Notes: generated by a model not told the origin, from the sequence alone. Shown: positions 13,143 through 25,986, numbered from the stretch's first letter. The stretch: DNA of 64,000 nt from Malacoraja senta (GCA_038087875.1 JAXLNO010000127.1:1-64000); one strand, 5' to 3'. Program-made: numbers and translations.

Positions 13143-13335
13143 CCCTGCCATGTGCAGGGAGGGTGTGTAGGATGACAGCAATGTGTCCTGCTCCCTCTCT
13201 GGGTCAGCGGGCAGGGTGCCAGTGCCCAGTGCAGGGCTGCCCCTCACACTGTCTTTCTCTTTGCTCACAGTTAGTGCGGAAGACTCGCAGTGCCGTGCTC
13301 GGGCTGAGGCTCGGGGTGGTGGTGCTACGGTGAGG

Positions 13336-13457
13336 ATGTCCCGCCGCAGTCCCCGTCTGGCCACCAACGGCTATTACCAGCACGACGACGACGCCTCCAG
13401 CAGCAGCAGTGGCTCCGCCAAATCCGGCGCTCCCTCTTACAAGGAGACTCCCGTCAG
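13336..13457 (+). CDS. SUN2: SUN2-like coding exon 1 (exon starts 13271; MSRRSPRLATNGYYQHDDDASSSSSGSAKSGAPSYKETPV)
   Basis: Acceptor ctcacag at 13270, ATG at 13336 with A at -3, donor AG|GTACGT (phase 2). Resembles the SUN2 N-terminus MSRRSQRL...DDD.SSSS...KDSPLR. Confidence 0.9.
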
Positions 13458-14049
13458 GTACGTCTCTCTGTCTCTTGTCTCGTTTCCCCCCCCCCCCCCC
13501 ACCCTCTCGTTCTTTCCTCTCTAAGCTATGCTCCTTTCTAACAGTAAAGATGCAGCCTCCACCCTAGTACCTCACTCGGGGAGCTGTGTATCACAACTCC
13601 AACTCCCCCCCCCTTCCCTCTCCTCCCCCAGCACCCCCGCCCAACTCCCAAACTCCTACCCCCTGCATTCTCCCCTCCCCCCACCCCCACTCCCAACTGA
13701 TCCTTTCCCAACAGGAAAAAGTTCTAGACAAAAACCTCAAAGAAAGTTCCAACAGCCTCTTCTTTCCTGCTTGGAATCTCGGGTGGAGGATGATAGGATG
13801 TAGGGTATATCTTCCATTTGCCAAGGGCAGGGTTGCCTTCCCAATAAGTTGTTGATAAAGTCATTCGGTTGATGGGCTCATGAAGGATGTTGGAGGAAAT
13901 GTGAACAGGGGCTGCCTGACCCGTTGAGTTACTCCAGCACTTAGTGACTTTTTTTATAAACAGCATCTGTAGTTCCATGAAGTGGGGAAGAGGGAGAGAG
14001 AGAAGTGAAAGAAACTTCTTCCCCCCACCACCTTCCCAGCTCTGACAAG

Positions 14050-14360
14050 CGATTCTCTCCATCCCTCCCCCAGCCAAGTCGCACCAGCTTCTCATTCTCA
14101 CTTAGCAAACGGCTAACAATGGCCTGTTTCCTTTATCATCGTTACTTTTTTGCATAGCTTTCATTCATTTGTTCCATATTTCACTACATCACCATCTTTA
14201 TCTCTTGTTTCCCTTTCCCCTGACTCTCATTCTGAAGTAGGGTCTCGACCCGAAACATCACCTGTTCATTCTCTCCGGAGATGCTGCCTGCCCCGCTGAG
14301 TTACTGCTGCTTTTTGTGTCTATCCGATGTGAACCTGTATCTACAGTTCCTTCATACACC
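14050..14360 (+). mobile_element. Short PLE-derived element
   Basis: CTGAAGTAGGGTCTCGACCCGAAACATC at about 14232-14259; reverse-complement homolog of 7100-7400. Confidence 0.75.
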
Positions 14361-14386
14361 TACGTGTGAGATTTCTGCTGCCATCT

Positions 14387-14820
14387 TTTAGTTTAGTTTG
14401 TTGGTTACATGTACCGAGGTAAAAACGTTTGTTGCGTGCTAACCAGTCTGCGGAAAGACTATATGTGAATACAATCGAGCCATTCACAGTGCACATGATA
14501 AGGTGAATAGCGTTCAGTGCCAGATAAAGCCAGTAAAGTCCGATCAAAGATAGTCCGATGGTCGCCAATGAGGTGGATAGTAGTAAGAACTGCTCTCTAT
14601 ATATTAGTAGGATGGTTCAGTTGCCTGATGACAGCTGGGAAGAAACTGTCTCTGAATCTGGAGGTGTGCGTTTCCACACTTCTACACCTTTTGCCCGATG
14701 GGTAAGGGGAGAAGGAGGAGTGGCCAGGGTGACAGGTGCTTGAATGTGCTGGTGGCCTTGCCAAGGCAGCGTGGGGTGTAGCGTTGCCTCGGCAAGGCCA
14801 CCACCATAATCAAGGACAAG
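14387..14820 (-). mobile_element. Rex/Babar-like LINE 3' end with inverted 5' junction
   Basis: (TTTAG)n tail and homology to 40939-41187. An inverted repeat ggtggccttgcc...ggcaaggccacc lies at about 14751-14802. Confidence 0.55.
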
Positions 14821-15214
14821 TCACAACTTCTGTTTGTTATTGGGCCCAGGCAGCTGTTGTCAGTTTTAAGATGCCTGCTCTCAGCGGTTCATGGTGCAGC
14901 ATTATGCTAATGGTGGGCAAGTGCATTGTGCCCTGATTCATCTTTCTATTCTATTCCATATTTCTCCATCGCCTTGACACTGTTGTCTCAGACTGGATCA
15001 TCACCCAGGTTGATCCCTGGAATAAGTCTTAAGCAGAACATTTTTGAATTTAGTTTGGGGAATGGATTCAGGAAGGTAGCAGGAGTGTCAGGAGGGAAAG
15101 GTGTTCAGTAGTGGTGTCAACATTTTGTTCAGCTTAGCGATATAAAAGGACAAAGATCAACTGGAAGCGAATGCTAACTCCCTAATAACTCGGGCAGAGT
15201 GAGACCCTGATTGG

Positions 15215-15648
15215 GTAGAAAGAAACTGCAGATACTGGTCGATACTGAGATACAAAGTGCTGGAGTAACTCAGCTGGTCAGGCAGCATCTCTGGGGAATA
15301 AGGATGGAACCTGTCTTCAGATTGAAAGTAGGGGGGACGGAATGAGAGGTAGGAAAAAAACAGAACAAACTGGGGCCGGCAACAGATGACCAAGGAAGGG
15401 TGGAGCCCATAATGGCCCATTGTTGGCTGGGGAAGAGGTGATAACGACAGGGATACAAGTGGACAGTGGAACTAGTAGGATGCCAAGCGTGGAGGAGAGA
15501 GTGAATGCCGGAGTTACTTGAAATTGGAGAAATCAATGTTCATACCACTGGGGGGTAAGCTGCCCAAGTGAAATGTGAGATGCTGTTCCTCCAATATGTG
15601 TGTGGCCTCACTCTGACAGTGGAGGAGGCCGAGGACAGAAAGGTCTGT
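15215..15648 (-). mobile_element. Short PLE-derived element
   Basis: The minus-strand peptide LEEQHLTFHLGSLPPSGMNIDFSNFK is followed by the family 3' repeat. Confidence 0.75.
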
Positions 15649-15828
15649 GGGCGATGCCGCGACATGTCGACACGTGATGCTTGTATGGTCGTGAGTAGTC
15701 GCCCAAAGAGTCGTACTTCTTTCTGATCGCCGCTGGAATTTCAACATGTTGAAAATTTTCGGTGACCTGCTGCGACTATGACAGGTGCCGGCAGTCGCCA
15801 AAAAAATCTCGTAAGTGGGACAGGCCCT
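15649..15828. mobile_element. PIF/Harbinger-type MITE, one end
   Basis: Ends TAAGTGGGACAGGCCCT followed by TAA; same TIR as the complete copy at 60157-60321. Confidence 0.6.
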
Positions 15829-16044
15829 TAAGGCAGCAACTCTACCGCTGCGCCACCATGCTGAGCTTAGCTTGCGTGCTATCCATTTAAATCGTACAAT
15901 GCACGAGTACAGGCACCTCGCGATTTACGGAGAGTTACGTGCTTGAAAAGCAGCACATCATTCAATAATACATAAATTAAACAGATAGGTGACTGCCGTC
16001 AACAGTAAATTTGAACGTTTTTTCTGAAAATACCAGCGTGTAAA

Positions 16045-16520
16045 TTAGGCCTCTGCATCTACCCAATCTGTTCCTCTCATGATCTTATGCACCTCTATAC
16101 GATCATCGCTCATCCTCCTGCGCTCCAAGAAGTTGTGTCCCAGCCTACTCAACCTCTCCCTGTAGCTCACACCTTCTAGTCCTGGAAACATCCTCGTAAA
16201 TCTTCTCTGTACCCGTTCCAGCTTGACAACATCTTTCCTATAACATGGCGCCCAGAACTGAACACAATACTCTAAAAGCAGTCTCACCAATGTCTTATAC
16301 AACTGCAACTTGACCTCCCAACTTCTATACTCAATACTGTGGCTGATGAAGGCCAATGTGCCAAAAGTCTTTTTGACCACTCGATCTACCTGTGATTCCA
16401 CCTTCAGGGAACCATGCATCTAGATCCCTCTGCTCTACAACATTCCCCAGAGCCCCACCATTCACTGTGCAGGTCCTGCCCTTGTTAGTCTTCCCAAAAT
16501 GTAACACCTCACATTTCCCT
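16045..16520 (-). mobile_element. CR1 fragment (second subfamily)
   Basis: ORF 16045-16419 reads LYKTLVRLLLEYCVQFWAP...LERVQRRFTRM. Confidence 0.85.
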
Positions 16521-17187
16521 GCATGGCCTAATTCTGCTCCTATCACCTTTGAGATTAAACTGTTTGACAGCAGAGAAGACATTTTTAGGGTGAGGACCAA
16601 ATTATAGAAAGAGATGGAATGTTGCAGCAGAGCGGTGCAGTTGGAGAGGCAGCCGTGCAGTTGGCTGGAAAGGCAGGGGAGGGATGGAGGAAGCCTGCAG
16701 TTACTTGGAATATGATGCCAACCACGTGGCCAGCGGGAACAGTGCCAACACTGCGGTGCACAACCAAAGGTCAAGACAATTACATGGCACTGTAGCTGGA
16801 CCTAGCGAAGAGTTACAACCCGTGTAAGATTGGCTGAATGCAAAAGCTGAAGCTGTTCAGTGCTGTAATCTCGCTTGGAAGCAGGTCGGATAATCCTAAA
16901 TCATGTAGTTTACTGTGACATGTTTTGTGTAGTGCTTCACTGGGCACTAAACTGGAACGGGGCCAATCACACACAGCAGCAGTGTTTTGCTTATGACAGG
17001 CGCTGAGGGATTAATGGGGCAGAAAAGCCAGCAGAGTTTAGAAAGTGTAGGAGAGAAATTAAAGGTGACAATTACAGAAAGCAAGGAGGGTTTGAAAATA
17101 TTTGGCAAATAAAATCAAAAGATATTTTATGTACGCGAAGCAAGAGAATGATCAAGAAACGAAAAGGGCCATTGGGGAACGTTTGGA

Positions 17188-17487
17188 CTTTAGAGATACA
17201 GCGCGGAAACAAGCCCTTCGGCCCACCAAGTCCGCACCAACTAGTCATCACCCCATAAGCTAGCATTATCCTACACGCACTAGGGACAATTTATAATTAT
17301 CAGTAACCAATTATCCTACAAACCTGTACATCTTTGGAGTGTGTGAGGAAACTGGAGCACCCGGAGAAAACCCATGCAGTCACAGGGAGAAGATACAAAC
17401 TCCGTAGAGACAGCACCCGTAGTCAGGATTGAACCCAGGTCTCTGGTTGCTGTGAGGCAGCAACTCTACCGCTGCGCCACTGTGCCG
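17188..17487 (-). mobile_element. HE1-like V-SINE, near full length
   Basis: The reverse complement shows A/B boxes, the core and a CR1-like 3' end ...ctgtatctctaaa. Confidence 0.8.
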
Positions 17488-17920
17488 ACCCAAAAGGTTG
17501 ACTGTGAGTGGCTATGTGTAGGATGAATGAATATTTAGTGATGTGGTCACAATGGACAGTGGGGATGCTGCTGCGAAACTTCAACACGCTTGGCCGTGTA
17601 TTGCGGTGCGTGACCTGCAGGGTGGCAGGCGGTCGGACAGGGTTGTTTTTGCTTGACTGGCACAGATGGGCTGAATGGCCTCCTGTGTCATCGATGTTTA
17701 AAATCTTCTTACACCCTGGCATCTGGAAACCAGAGCACTGCTCAACCACAGTGCCGGTAACCTCTACCCTGACCCAGCTAGTGTAGGGAGTAACTGCGAA
17801 TGCTGGTTTACACGGCAGGTAGACACAAAATGCTGGAGGAACTCAGCGGGACAGGCAGCATCTCTGATAGAAGCAATGGGTGACGTTTCAGGGCAAGGCC
17901 CTTCTTCCGAATCTCAGTCT

Positions 17921-19800
17921 GAAACATAGAAAATCGGTGCAGGATAAGGCCATTTGGCCCTTCAAGCCAGCACAGCCATTCAATATGATCATGACTGATC
18001 ATCCAAAATCCCGTTCTGGCTTTTCCCCCCATTTCTCTTGATTCCCTTAGCCCTAAGAGCTAAATCTAACTCTCTCTTGAAAAATCCAGTGAATTAGCCT
18101 TCAGTGCCTTCTGTGGCAGAGAATTCCACAGAATTACAACTCATTGGGTGAAAACGTTTTTCTTCATCTCAGTCCTAAATGGCCTACCTCTTATTCTTAA
18201 ACTGTGACCCCAGGTTCTGGACTCCCCCAACATCAGGAAAACATTTTTTGTAACTGCCTTGTCCAATCCTCGAAAAAAAGTATGTTTTTTTTAATTTTAT
18301 ATTTTTTAATTTTTTATTTATTAGAAGTACATTACATTACAACCACATACATTAGTACTCATCACTTATATCTTCTTACAATTAATGTACTCCGTTTGTT
18401 TTATACACTAGAAAAGGGAAAGGATGAGATTGAGAGAAAGAAGAAAGTGAAGGAAAAAGTGAAAGTGTAGAAAATGTGACAACAAGAAAGAACGAAGATC
18501 CTATAAGAACAAAATTAAAAACAAAAGAAAAAGAGTTAAGAAATAGACCCTAGAAAAGAAGGAGAAAGAGAAAGAGGGAAAAGAGAAAAACAAATAGTTT
18601 TTATGAGCATTACGCAAATAGGACATACCAACTCTCCAACTTTCATCCCCCCTTACCTGACCTCAGTTTTTTTTTTAAGTACCTTTGCACCCTATTTTTG
18701 TAATAATTCTATAAATACAGACCACGTCAGGTGGAAGTGATCTGGTTTACCTGCCAGGAGGAGTCTTATCTCTTCTAGGTGTAATGTTTCGAACATATTT
18801 GAAATCCACATGTTTATAGTTGGTATTGGAGCCTTCTTCCAAAATTTTAGGATTAGCTTTTTTCTGGTTATTAACCCATAGTCTATTAGTTTCTTTTGAA
18901 ACACATTTAGTTCTGGACCATCTTCCGTTATCCCGAAGATAATCCATTCTGCTTTGGGTATCAGTTTTATTTTAAATAATTTTGTAAAGATTTCGAAAAT
19001 TTCAATCCAAAATTTTTGAATTTTTGTACAGAAAAGAAATGAGTGCGCTATAGTAGCTTCTTGGGATTGACATTTATCACAAATGGATGATACATTTGAG
19101 AAAATGTTATGGATTTTAGTTTTGGAATAATATAATCTATGTCAAATTTTAAATTGTATTAAAGTGTGTCTTACATTAATCGAACATTTATGCACGTTTA
19201 ATAAGTGTTCATTCCACCTTTCCTTTGAAATTTTAATAACTAACTTGTTCCCAATCTCTTCTGATACCCTCCGTAGATGGTATTTCTCCATTTAAGATAA
19301 TATTATACAAATATGATATTAAGTTTGCTGATTCAGCTTTTATCTGCATTGCATCATCCAATACATCTGCTGGGCTATTATAATGATATTTTATATATTT
19401 TTTCAAATAGTCACATATTTCAAAATATTTAAAATATTGATTATTTCCGAGTTTATATTTTATTTGTAATTGTTGAAATGAAAGTAATTTTCCAGTTTCA
19501 TATAAGTCACCGAACGTTTTAATTCCTAGTCTATCCCAATGTGTGAAAGATTTATCTATAGTAGAGGGATTAAACGAAGGGTTATTAACTATGGGAGATA
19601 AAAGTGAGAAATTTCTTAATTTTAAATTTTGTTTTATTTGTTTCCAAATTCGGATTATGTTTCAATATATACCCTCTCATCCTTCTAAATACCAGTGAAT
19701 AAAGTCCAGTCGACCCATTCTTTCATCATATGTCAGTCCCACCATCCCGGAAATTAAACTGGTGAACCTACACTGAACTCCCTCAATAGCAATAATGTCA
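17921..19800 (-). mobile_element. CR1 3' end split by an L1 insertion
   Basis: CR1 sequence stops at tatgttt (18287) and resumes at tatgtttcaat (19656). Confidence 0.75.
18288..19655 (-). mobile_element. L1-clade LINE, 5'-truncated, with poly(A) tail and 7-bp TSD TATGTTT
   Basis: Peptide KKLILKFWKKAPIPTINMWIS...HLEEIR; T-rich tail on the left; TSD at 18281-18287 and 19656-19662. Confidence 0.85.
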
Positions 19801-20167
19801 CAACTCACTAATGTGAGATGTCACAAATGTCACAAGAGTTGTGAATTCGTGGAATTCTCTACCACAGAAAGCAGTGGAGGCCGATTCACTGGATGCATTC
19901 AAAATAGAGTTAGATGGAGCTCTTAGGGCTAGCAGAATCAAGGGATATGGGGAGAAAGCAGCAACGGTGGTACTGATTGTGGATGATCAGCCATGATCAT
20001 ATTGAATGAGGCTGGCTCGATGGGCCGAATGGCCTACTTCTGCACCTATTTTCTATGCTTATAATCATGACCCACTATGTGTTTTGGATTGCTGTGGCAA
20101 TTTCACAGAAGTTGCTGCTTCTCTTTCTCAGTCCTGGTCTACCTCTCTTTGCCCTTTATCGTTTCAG

Positions 20168-20355
20168 GTTGCACAAGAAAAGGTCAAACAGCAAGGGGCC
20201 GGGACCTGTGCCTGGCGTTAAAGGTTCGCCGTCCAACAGTTCAGTCAACAGCCTGAGTAGCTACATCAGCAACATCAGCAACATCAGCAACGCCTCCAAG
20301 CGCTCTCAGCGATCTCAGCACCTCGGCAGCAGCAGCGGCTGGCAGGAGCCCGTCG
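20168..20355 (+). CDS. SUN2: SUN2-like coding exon 2 (RLHKKRSNSKGPGP...SSSGWQEPV)
   Basis: tttcag|G acceptor after a pyrimidine tract, phase 2 in; G|GTACGT phase 1 out. Basic NLS-like start. Confidence 0.85.
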
Positions 20356-21494
20356 GTACGTGTCCGGAGAGGGCAGCGCAGGGGGTTGGAAGCAGGGCAC
20401 CGGCGCATTTCTTTCGTCAGAGGGTGGTGAATCAGTGGAATTCATTGCTGCTGAAAGCTGTGGAGGTCAAGTCAGTGGATATTTTTAAGGCAGAGATAGA
20501 TAGATTCTTGATTAGTACAGAGGTTACGGGGAGAACTCAGGAGAATAGGGTTAGGAGGGAGAGAAAGTTCAGCCACGATGGAATGTCGGAGTAGAATTGA
20601 TGGGCTGAATGGCCTGATTCTTCTCCTATCACTCATGACTTTTTGACGGCAGTGTTCTTAAAGCCTTAACCCTTCCCTCCAACAGACTAGTTAAGGGCTT
20701 CTCCTTGTTTTAAAGTACCGCGATCACTGGTGCATGTCGGAGACTCGTGCTGCAGTATCTCCGTTTTATTCGGAAACGAGCCCTTTGGCCCACTGAGTCC
20801 GCGCTGACCAGCGATCATCGCACAGCTGCAGTGAGACTTTGCCCATCCTGCCTGGGTGTGGTAACACACACGGTTCAGTTACTGTGGGGAGCGCTGGGTC
20901 GGGGTCTGATGCCCCCTGGTGGTGGGAGGTGACCGACACCGAGCTGCAGTTACTGAGAGGCGAGGGATTATACCTTCCTTTATAGGAAGGAACTGCAGAT
21001 GCTGGTTTACACTAAAGAAAGACACAAAATGCTGGAGTAACTCAGCGGGACAGGCAGCATAAGGTCATAAGTGATAGGAGCAGAATTAGTCCATGCATCC
21101 CATCAAGTCTACTCCACCATTCAATCATGGCTGATCTATCTATCCCTCCTAACCCCATTCTCCTGCCTTCTCCCCATAACCCCTGACACCCGTACTAATC
21201 AAGAATCTATCTATCTCTGCATTAAAAATATCCACTGACTTGGCCTCCACAGCCTTCTGTGGCAAAGAATGCCACAGATTCACCACCCTCTGACTAAAGA
21301 CATTCCTCCTTATCTCCTTCCTAAAGGAGCATTGTTTAATTTTAAGGCTATGAACTCTAGACCTCGACTCTTCCACATGGAAACATCCTCTGCACTTCCA
21401 CTCTATCCAAACCTTTCACTTTTCGGTAAGTTTCAATGCGGTGTCCCTTCATTCTTCAAAACTCCAGCGAGTACAGGCCCAGTGCCGTCAAACG

Positions 21495-21830
21495 CATTTC
21501 TGGAGAGAAAGAATGGGTGACGTTTCGGTCGAGACCCTTCTTCAGACTTAGTCAGGGGAGAGGGAGATTTGGAAGGGTAAGGTGCGAAACAAGAGATCAA
21601 ACGGGACGAAGATCTAAGAAAATGTAGAATAGATCATTGTTAGCTAGGGGAAGGTGACAACGAAGCATCCAAAGATAAAATGTAATCAGGAGGACAGTTA
21701 AACTGGCGGGAGAGCTAGGATGGTGGAGGGATGGAGAGAGAGAGAGGGAAAACAAGGGTTACTTGAAGTTAGAGAGATCAATATCATATCGTTGGGTTGT
21801 AAGGTGTCCAAGCGAAATATGAGGTGCTGT
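21495..21830 (-). mobile_element. Short PLE-derived element ending 50 nt before an exon
   Basis: Hammerhead-like core at about 21517-21547 (reverse complement) and QHLIFRLDTLQPN on the minus strand. Confidence 0.75.
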
Positions 21831-21879
21831 AATATTTTCCTGTGATGACTTGCCTTGGTAACCTGTATCTCGCATCCAG

Positions 21880-22029
21880 CAGTCGGAGGGCCGTCCAGCT
21901 TTGAGGACAGCGACAAAGACAAATTAAACAGAGCATACGGCAGGATGGGGATACTGACAGCACCTTCCACTTTTTCCAACATCTACTTGTCATCGACATC
22001 TGGCTACTCCTCCCAGGATGAGCTGCAGG
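21880..22029 (+). CDS. SUN2: SUN2-like coding exon 3 (AVGGPSSFEDSDKD...STSGYSSQDELQ)
   Basis: CAG acceptor (CAGCAG tandem), G|GTAAGT donor, phase 1/1. SGYSSQDE matches the SUN2 SGYSSEDD motif. Confidence 0.85.
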
Positions 22030-22194
22030 GTAAGTGCAACGTTCATCATCTCACATCCCACGTCCCTCATTCTGAACAGCTAACGCGCGGCACGTTGCAC
22101 TATCGGGAGAGAGGACACACTGGCTGGGGCTGGAACAGAGGCTTTAGGGATTTAATATTGAAGTTGGGCAGTGGGGCAGCTGAGCTGGCACTTA

Positions 22195-22830
22195 CTGCGG
22201 TGGGTGGATGAGTGGGTGGGAGGTGTTACTAGGGTGGGTGGGTGAGAGGAAGATGTTCCAAGGGTGTGGACAGGGTGGGTGGGTGATGTTACTAGGTGTG
22301 GACAGGGTGGGTGGGAGATGTTACTAGGGTGGGGCAGATGGATGGGGGCAGTTACTAGGGCATGGACAAGGTGGGTTGGTGAGTGAAGGATCTAACCAGA
22401 GTGGGGACAAGGTGGGTGGGTAGTAGATGTTGGGCGTGGGCAGTGGGTGAATTGGGGATGTTGCTAAGGTGTGGACAGGGTGGGTGAGTGGAGGATGTGG
22501 GGGGTGTGGACGAGTGGAGGATTTCGAGGGGGGGGTGTGGGTGAGTGGAGGGTGTTGGTGAGGAGGGGGGGTTGTGGGTGAGTGGAGGATGTTGGAGGGT
22601 GGGGGTGAACATCCCATTGCTGGGGAAGGGTGAGGTTGAGTGGGCTATAACAAGGCGCGGGTGTCCGGACATGGGGTGGGTACATGTGCTGTTACTGGGA
22701 AGGGGGTGAGGGACATGTAAGCGGGCTAACAGTGGGGAGGGTAAATGGAGCGGGTGGGGTGTGAGGGTCCGTTACTGGGGCAGGTGAGGGGCTGTTAGTG
22801 AGGTGGGCTGTGGGTGGGTGAGTGGGCCGT
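22195..22830. repeat. G-rich degenerate minisatellite
   Basis: Recurrent GATGTTACTAGGGTG and GTGTGGACAGGGTGGGTGGG units. Confidence 0.75.
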
Positions 22831-23571
22831 GGACTGACACTGGGCAGGAGCTGAACTTGTTATACAGGATTGTAGATTTCCGAGATGCTGGGTTACATCA
22901 GGGGGACTGAGCTGTTGTTTGGGGCAGCTAATCGCCATTCATTCACACACACACACATGCACACACACACATATGTACACACAAAAAAACAAACACAAAA
23001 AATAGGGTGCTGCCATTTGACGACACAAACTCCCCCTGCATAGCGCCTGTTCACCAAGGTGTGGAAAGTGATGCCATTTCTGCTAAAGAGCATTGTTCCA
23101 TTGCAATCTCCAGGTTGTATCAGCAGCAACACCCTGTGTATCCATCCACTTAAAATCATTAATGAATCCACTTCCTGCAGCGTTTTGGAGAGAATATTCT
23201 GGATCCTGTCAATATTGAATCTGTGACCTCTGTTTATTGATCCCTGAATAGCAAAACCTTTCTCGTTTAGAACCCTGCTACAATCTTCATCGTTTGATAG
23301 GTCATCTCTTTCACCTCCACTGTTCCGAGAGGACTCCTAACTCTTCCAAATTACTCTTTACTGTAATTCTAGAAACTGTCTAAATCAATTCTTAGGCTTA
23401 AAGTCTGGAGAAGGGTCTCGACCCAAAACGTCACTCATCCTTTTTCAGACAGAGATGCTGCCTGACCCGCTGAGTTACTCCAGAACGTTGTGTCTATCTT
23501 AGGCTTTTGACATCCTTCCTTTAGTTTAGTTTTGAGATACAGAGTGGAAACAGGCCCTTCGGCCCATAAGA

Positions 23572-24449
23572 CTGTGTGCTGAGTCCTCTTCTCTACTCCC
23601 TCTTCACCTACGACTGCACACCTGTACATGGTACTAACACCATCATTCAAGTATGCAGATGATACAATGGTGATTGGCCTCATCAGTGACAACGATGAGT
23701 CGGCCTATAGGGAGGAGGTCCAGCTCCTAGCAGCATGGTGCGCTGACAACAACCTGGCCCTTAACACCAAGAAGACCAAGGAGCTCATTGTGGACTACAG
23801 AAGGTCTAGGGGTGGCACGCACACCCCCATCCATATTAACGGGACGGAGGTGGAGCGTGTTTGCAGCTTCAGGTTTCTGGGGGGTCAACATCTCTTATGA
23901 CCTCTCTTGGACCCACAATACCTCAACACTGATTAAGAAGGCTCACCAGTGTCTCTTCTTCCTGAGGAGACTAAAGAAGGTCCGTCTGTCTCCTCAGATT
24001 CTGGTAGACTTGTACCGCTGCGCCATCGAGAGCATCCTCACTAACTATCACAGTATGGTATGGGAACTGCTCTGTCTCCGACCGGTAAGCACTGCAGAGG
24101 GTGGTGAAAACTGCCCAATGCATCACCAGTTCCTCACTCCCCTCCTTCGAGTCTGTCCAGAGCAGGCGATGTCTGCGAAGGGCGCACAGGATCGTGAAGG
24201 ACTGCTCTCACCCCAACCACAGACTGTTTACCCCCCCCCCCCCCCCCCCCCGGATACTCCTTCCCCCAGTGACTGATCTCCCTCCCCGGAAATTGCACTA
24301 CTGCTACTGTATATACATATATATATTTACTGTTCCATTATTCTGTGTTCCCACTTCTGGGTGAGATGCTAACTGCATTTTGTTGTCTCTGTACTTGTAC
24401 ATTGCACAATGACAATAAAGTTTTTGAATCTTTGAATTTGAATCTGAAA
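23572..24449 (+). mobile_element. Rex1/Babar-like LINE 3' part
   Basis: Peptide KYADDTMVIGLISDNDESAYREEV...LNTKKTKELIVDYRR, followed by AATAAA and a (TGAATC)-like tail. Confidence 0.85.
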
Positions 24450-24536
24450 CATTGGGCCACGTGGCCCTTTGAACATTGTAAACCTTGAGAGAGAAGTTTG
24501 CTTTGTTGACATCTTGCTCTTCTTTACCAACCCCAG

Positions 24537-24605
24537 GTTTGGCGTACTCTGAATCATTCTCTCCCCTTGCCAAGCTGTGGGGCTGGATCTCGCTGCTGTC
24601 TCCAG
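24537..24605 (+). CDS. SUN2: SUN2-like coding exon 4 (GLAYSESFSPLAKLWGWISLLSP)
   Basis: ccccag acceptor, CAG|GTACCT donor, phase 1/1. Ends like SUN2 LLWMVATSPG. Confidence 0.75.
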
Positions 24606-25892
24606 GTACCTGCATTACTAATCTTCCCTCTTCTGTGCTCCATGGCCCCAAAACTCTGCTCCAGTCAACCAGTGCCCTGCGGATACTGGACCCAGTGGTG
24701 AGGTAGAGCCCGCTGCTCCTTCCTTAAACTCCTGCACAAGGCCTGGTCCCCAGTGCTCTGTTGTTCGTGCAGCCTAGGACCACAGTCAGTGTGGGAGGAA
24801 GCCACCTTCCAGCTTGGTACTCTAGTGTGTTCCCTCCGCCCTGACTGGGTCACTCACTGAGATGAGTGGTGAGTTGCCGAGAGGACCATAGAGTCAAGAG
24901 CTCGGTTATTCGATCCCGACTGAAGTCATGTTGTAACACCTAAGGGAGGCCTAGTTTGTGCTCCAGGGTCACTGGGGCGATGGAAGAATAGGATCTCCTT
25001 TAGATTTCCCCAGCTATGTGGCACCGAGGACGCTTTTGAAATGTAGTGTAACATGGTGGACCGTGGCCAAGCTCGCACACAGCATTGTGGTGATGAGCAG
25101 ACGCGCCCATGTTTAATAAATATTGATTTCTCTTACTTCAAGTAACCCTCCCTCTCCGTCCCTCCCCCTCCTTAGTCGTTGTACTAGTTTCACTGTCGTC
25201 CTGGTGAGTTTCATTGTCTGTATAATTCGTTAACACCGAGCCCACAGCCAACCAACAATGGACTGTTTCCTTCATCATTATTACTTTTTTGCATATTGTT
25301 CATTCATTTGTTCCATATCTCTCTACATCACCATCTATATCGTTTGGTTCCCTTTCCCCTGACATCAGTCTGAAGGGTCACCTATTCCTTTTCTCCAGAG
25401 ATGCTGCCTGCCCCGCTGACTTACTCCAGCTTTTTGTGTCTATCTTTGCCCATGTTGGTTGTGGGATAAGATTGACTGGGACGGAGGGGGCTGCTGTCCA
25501 TTCACAACCCAGGCAATCTCTCTGTGCTGAAAGGTGATACTCCCTGCTCGGTGGAAGTGTCATTGACAATCTCCCGTTTATTTAGTCTGGACACTTAAGG
25601 AGGCCATTCGGCCCGTCGTGGCCTCTGGAGTACCCCCATCAGTGCTGTTGTCCCGTTGATATCCCTGCGACCTATTTTATCTCGGGTGCCCTATAGCTCC
25701 CCTGGGTTCTCCTGCCACCACCTTGCGGTGGACTTTCTGTGGTGGTGCCTGCAGGGGAGAAGGTCTCTCAGCCTGACGTGGTTCCACAGTATCAGTGGGT
25801 TCCGTGTGGGAGAGTCTGAGCTCTCTCCGTTTCCACTGATGGGAAGCATCGGGGACCAACGTTGTCTAATGTTGTGTTGCTGTCTCTTTCAG

Positions 25893-25986
25893 AAAAAGCT
25901 TTGGCCCTGGTGTACTGGTGGTTGGGCACAGCCTGGTACCAGTTAACAACGGCCATCTCCTTGATCGATGTCTTTACTCTGTCCAG
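25893..25986 (+). CDS. SUN2: SUN2-like coding exon 5 (EKALALVYWWLGTAWYQLTTAISLIDVFTLSR)
   Basis: Close match to the conserved SUN1/2 segment YWWAGTTWYRLTTAASLLDVFVLTR; tttcag acceptor, AG|GTACGT donor. Confidence 0.95.

Noticed and set aside
24230..24251. Long C/G homopolymers (also about 13487, 36973, 42731, 43313)
   Set aside because: They are low-complexity runs, some within repeats, of unreliable length and with no supportable function.
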